DNA of 20,000 nucleotides from a bacterium (GTDB lineage Bacteria; JADJOY01): NCBI GenBank assembly GCA_046331705.1, contig JAXLQJ010000008.1, positions 115,836 to 135,835 of the forward strand, read 5' to 3'. Shown piece by piece: positions 18,218 to 20,000 of this stretch (position 1 is its first letter; each line of letters starts with the position of its first letter). The notes under the pieces were generated by a model. It saw only the letters and a program-made list of their open reading frames with translations, ran no database searches and was not told where the DNA came from. The position numbers and the translations under genes were made by a program.

Positions 18218-19378
18218 GCGGAGGCCGCCGTGGTACGCCGCGAGCGTCGCCTCGGCCGTGCGCTCCCAGGTGAACGAGGCGGCGCGCGCCGGTCGCGTCG
18301 CGCATCAGCTCGGCGAGCGGGTAGTCGGCGAGCACGCGCTCGACGCCCGCGGCGATCGAGGCTGGCTCGAGCCAGCGGATCGACGTACTCGACCGCGTCG
18401 CCGCCCACCTCGGGGATGCCACCGACTCGCGAGGCCACCACCGGAACACCGAGCGCCATCGCTTCGAGGACCGGCAAGCCGAAGCCCTCGAAGAGCGACG
18501 GAAACGCGAGCAGCGCAGCGCCGGCGTAGACGAAGGTGGCAATTCCTCGTCGCCGACGTGCGGCCGAAACGCCCGCCGTGCGCGACACCCGCGCCGCGGC
18601 TCGCGCGCGCAAGCTCCGCGCGTAGGTGTCCTGGGTGAGCAGCACCACGAGGGGGTGCGCCGCGCAGCGCGAACGGCAGCTCGGCGTAGGCATCGACGAG
18701 ACGATGTGCGTTCTTGCGCGGATCGATCGACGAGATCGAGACGTAGCCGGGCCGGAGCCCGCGCGTCTCGCGACGAATCGCGCCACCTCCGCCTTCGACA
18801 GGCGGGCGCGAAAGCGCGGTGCACCACCGCCAGCGGCGCCAGCGAGATCCGCTCGGCGGGCACGCCGAGAAGCTCGACCAGATCCCGCCGCGTCGCCTCG
18901 CTCGAGGCGACCAGCCGCCGTGCGCGCACCAGGCTCGCGGGGATCAGCGCGACGATGCCAGCGCTTCCGCACGCGAAACCGCAAGCCGCGCATGCGTGCC
19001 CGTAGTCGAGCGCCAAGGACCGGACGCAGAGCAGGTCGTGGACGCTCACCACGTCCACGACGCCACCGTCAGCGGGCTGCCGCTGCCGAGTGGGAAGTGG
19101 AGGACGTCCACGCCATCGCGGCGCGCGGCGCGCGGCGGCCAGACCTGCGGAATCCTCCCTGGCACTCGCGCGAGCCAGTCGCGTCGCCCACGTCGCGGAT
19201 CCCGACACGCTCGCCAGCTGCGCCGTCGATCCGCGGCGGCTCGCGGCCGTAGACGATCAGCCGATGATCGCCCGGCAAGCGAGCCAGCGCTGCGATCAGC
19301 TCGCGCCGATACACCGCGAGCCCGCCGTGGTCCGCGAGGCGGGAAGAGCCCGGCGTCGATCCCGATCGTGAGCGACAT
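18214..19378 (-). CDS. GT4 (group 1) glycosyltransferase, frameshifted
   Basis: [47 protein letters not shown], and [33 protein letters not shown] (EX7E motif). Confidence 0.9.
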
Positions 19379-19580
19379 GAGCCGCGCAGGTTGCCCCGCC
19401 CCGCCCCTTCGGAAAAGGGCCGATGGCTCGCGTCGCCGTGGAGCCGAGGGCGGCTACAGCGACCTCGTCGTCGGCCGCGACCAGTACCGGCGCCTCGTGC
19501 ACGGTTCGGCGGCGACGGAGCGCCGCCGCCCTGCACCTCGCGCATGCAGCGGGCGGGCCAGCCGGTTCCCAGCGCCTCGG

Positions 19581-20000
19581 TCAAGCTCTTTCGGAAACGC
19601 AGCGCGGCGGTGATGGCGGCGGTGGCGAAGCAGACCAGCACCAGGGCTTGCGGCCACAGCGTCGCGAAGCCGGCGCCTTTCAGGAGCACGCCGCGCACGA
19701 TGATCGCGTAGTAGCGCAGCGGCACGGCGTAGGTCGCGAAGGCGCTGGATCAGGTCACGGCATGTTCTCGATCGAGGCGAGACCCGAGAGGTAGATCATG
19801 GGCACCATGAACGGGAAGGTCGACGTGAGCATCGCCTGCTGCACCAGGTGCGCACCAGCGTCGACGTGAGCAGCCCCAATCCCAGCGCGGTGAGGATGAA
19901 CGGGATCGAGCAGCACCAGGGCCGCGGGGAATTGCCGTGAGCGGCACGTGGAAGAGGAATACCGAGCGCCGTCACGGCGAACAGATCGAGGATCGCGATG
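19581..20000 (-). CDS. ABC-2 type transporter permease (YbhR/YbhS-like), 3' part, frameshifted
   Basis: ALGLGLLTSTLV, QQAML, VPMIYLSG, IENMP, and PLRYYAIIVRGVLLKGAGFATLWPQ...FRKS. Runs off the window end. Confidence 0.82.

Noticed and set aside
12250..20000. Programmed frameshifting, recoding or an alternative genetic code as the cause of broken ORFs
   Set aside because: Shifts are numerous and irregular, are not tied to slippery motifs, and affect unrelated genes, while the left half uses the standard code cleanly.
1..20000. CRISPR arrays, tRNA/rRNA, transposases, phage or defence genes
   Set aside because: No repeat-spacer periodicity, RNA gene signature or relevant protein motif was seen by eye.

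Overview
Very GC-rich bacterial DNA. A MYXO-CTERM-like sorting tail points to Myxococcota or a related deltaproteobacterial lineage (inference). The window has two halves. Bases 1-12232 read cleanly: a FadE24/FadE23-like acyl-CoA dehydrogenase pair separated by a structured REP-like element, a polytopic membrane protein with a SpeE-like SAM-binding domain, nadE coupled to a signal-peptide-bearing HEAT-repeat protein (minus strand), and a divergent M16 peptidase - MutT-like Nudix - secreted NPP1/Vps62-like protein cluster. From about 12250 to the end, every recognisable gene has multiple frameshifts, most likely low-coverage long-read indel error. These genes are a hypothetical protein, a stand-alone receiver, a multi-PAS HisKA_3 kinase with a NarL-type regulator, a Wzx-type flippase, a GT4 glycosyltransferase and an ABC-2 permease. 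I found no CRISPR array, rRNA, tRNA or transposase. No clearly new system is proven. The best leads are the surface-anchored NLP-like protein with its neighbouring membrane-anchored M16 peptidase, the asymmetric ACAD pair, the REP-like hairpin element and the exported HEAT solenoid.
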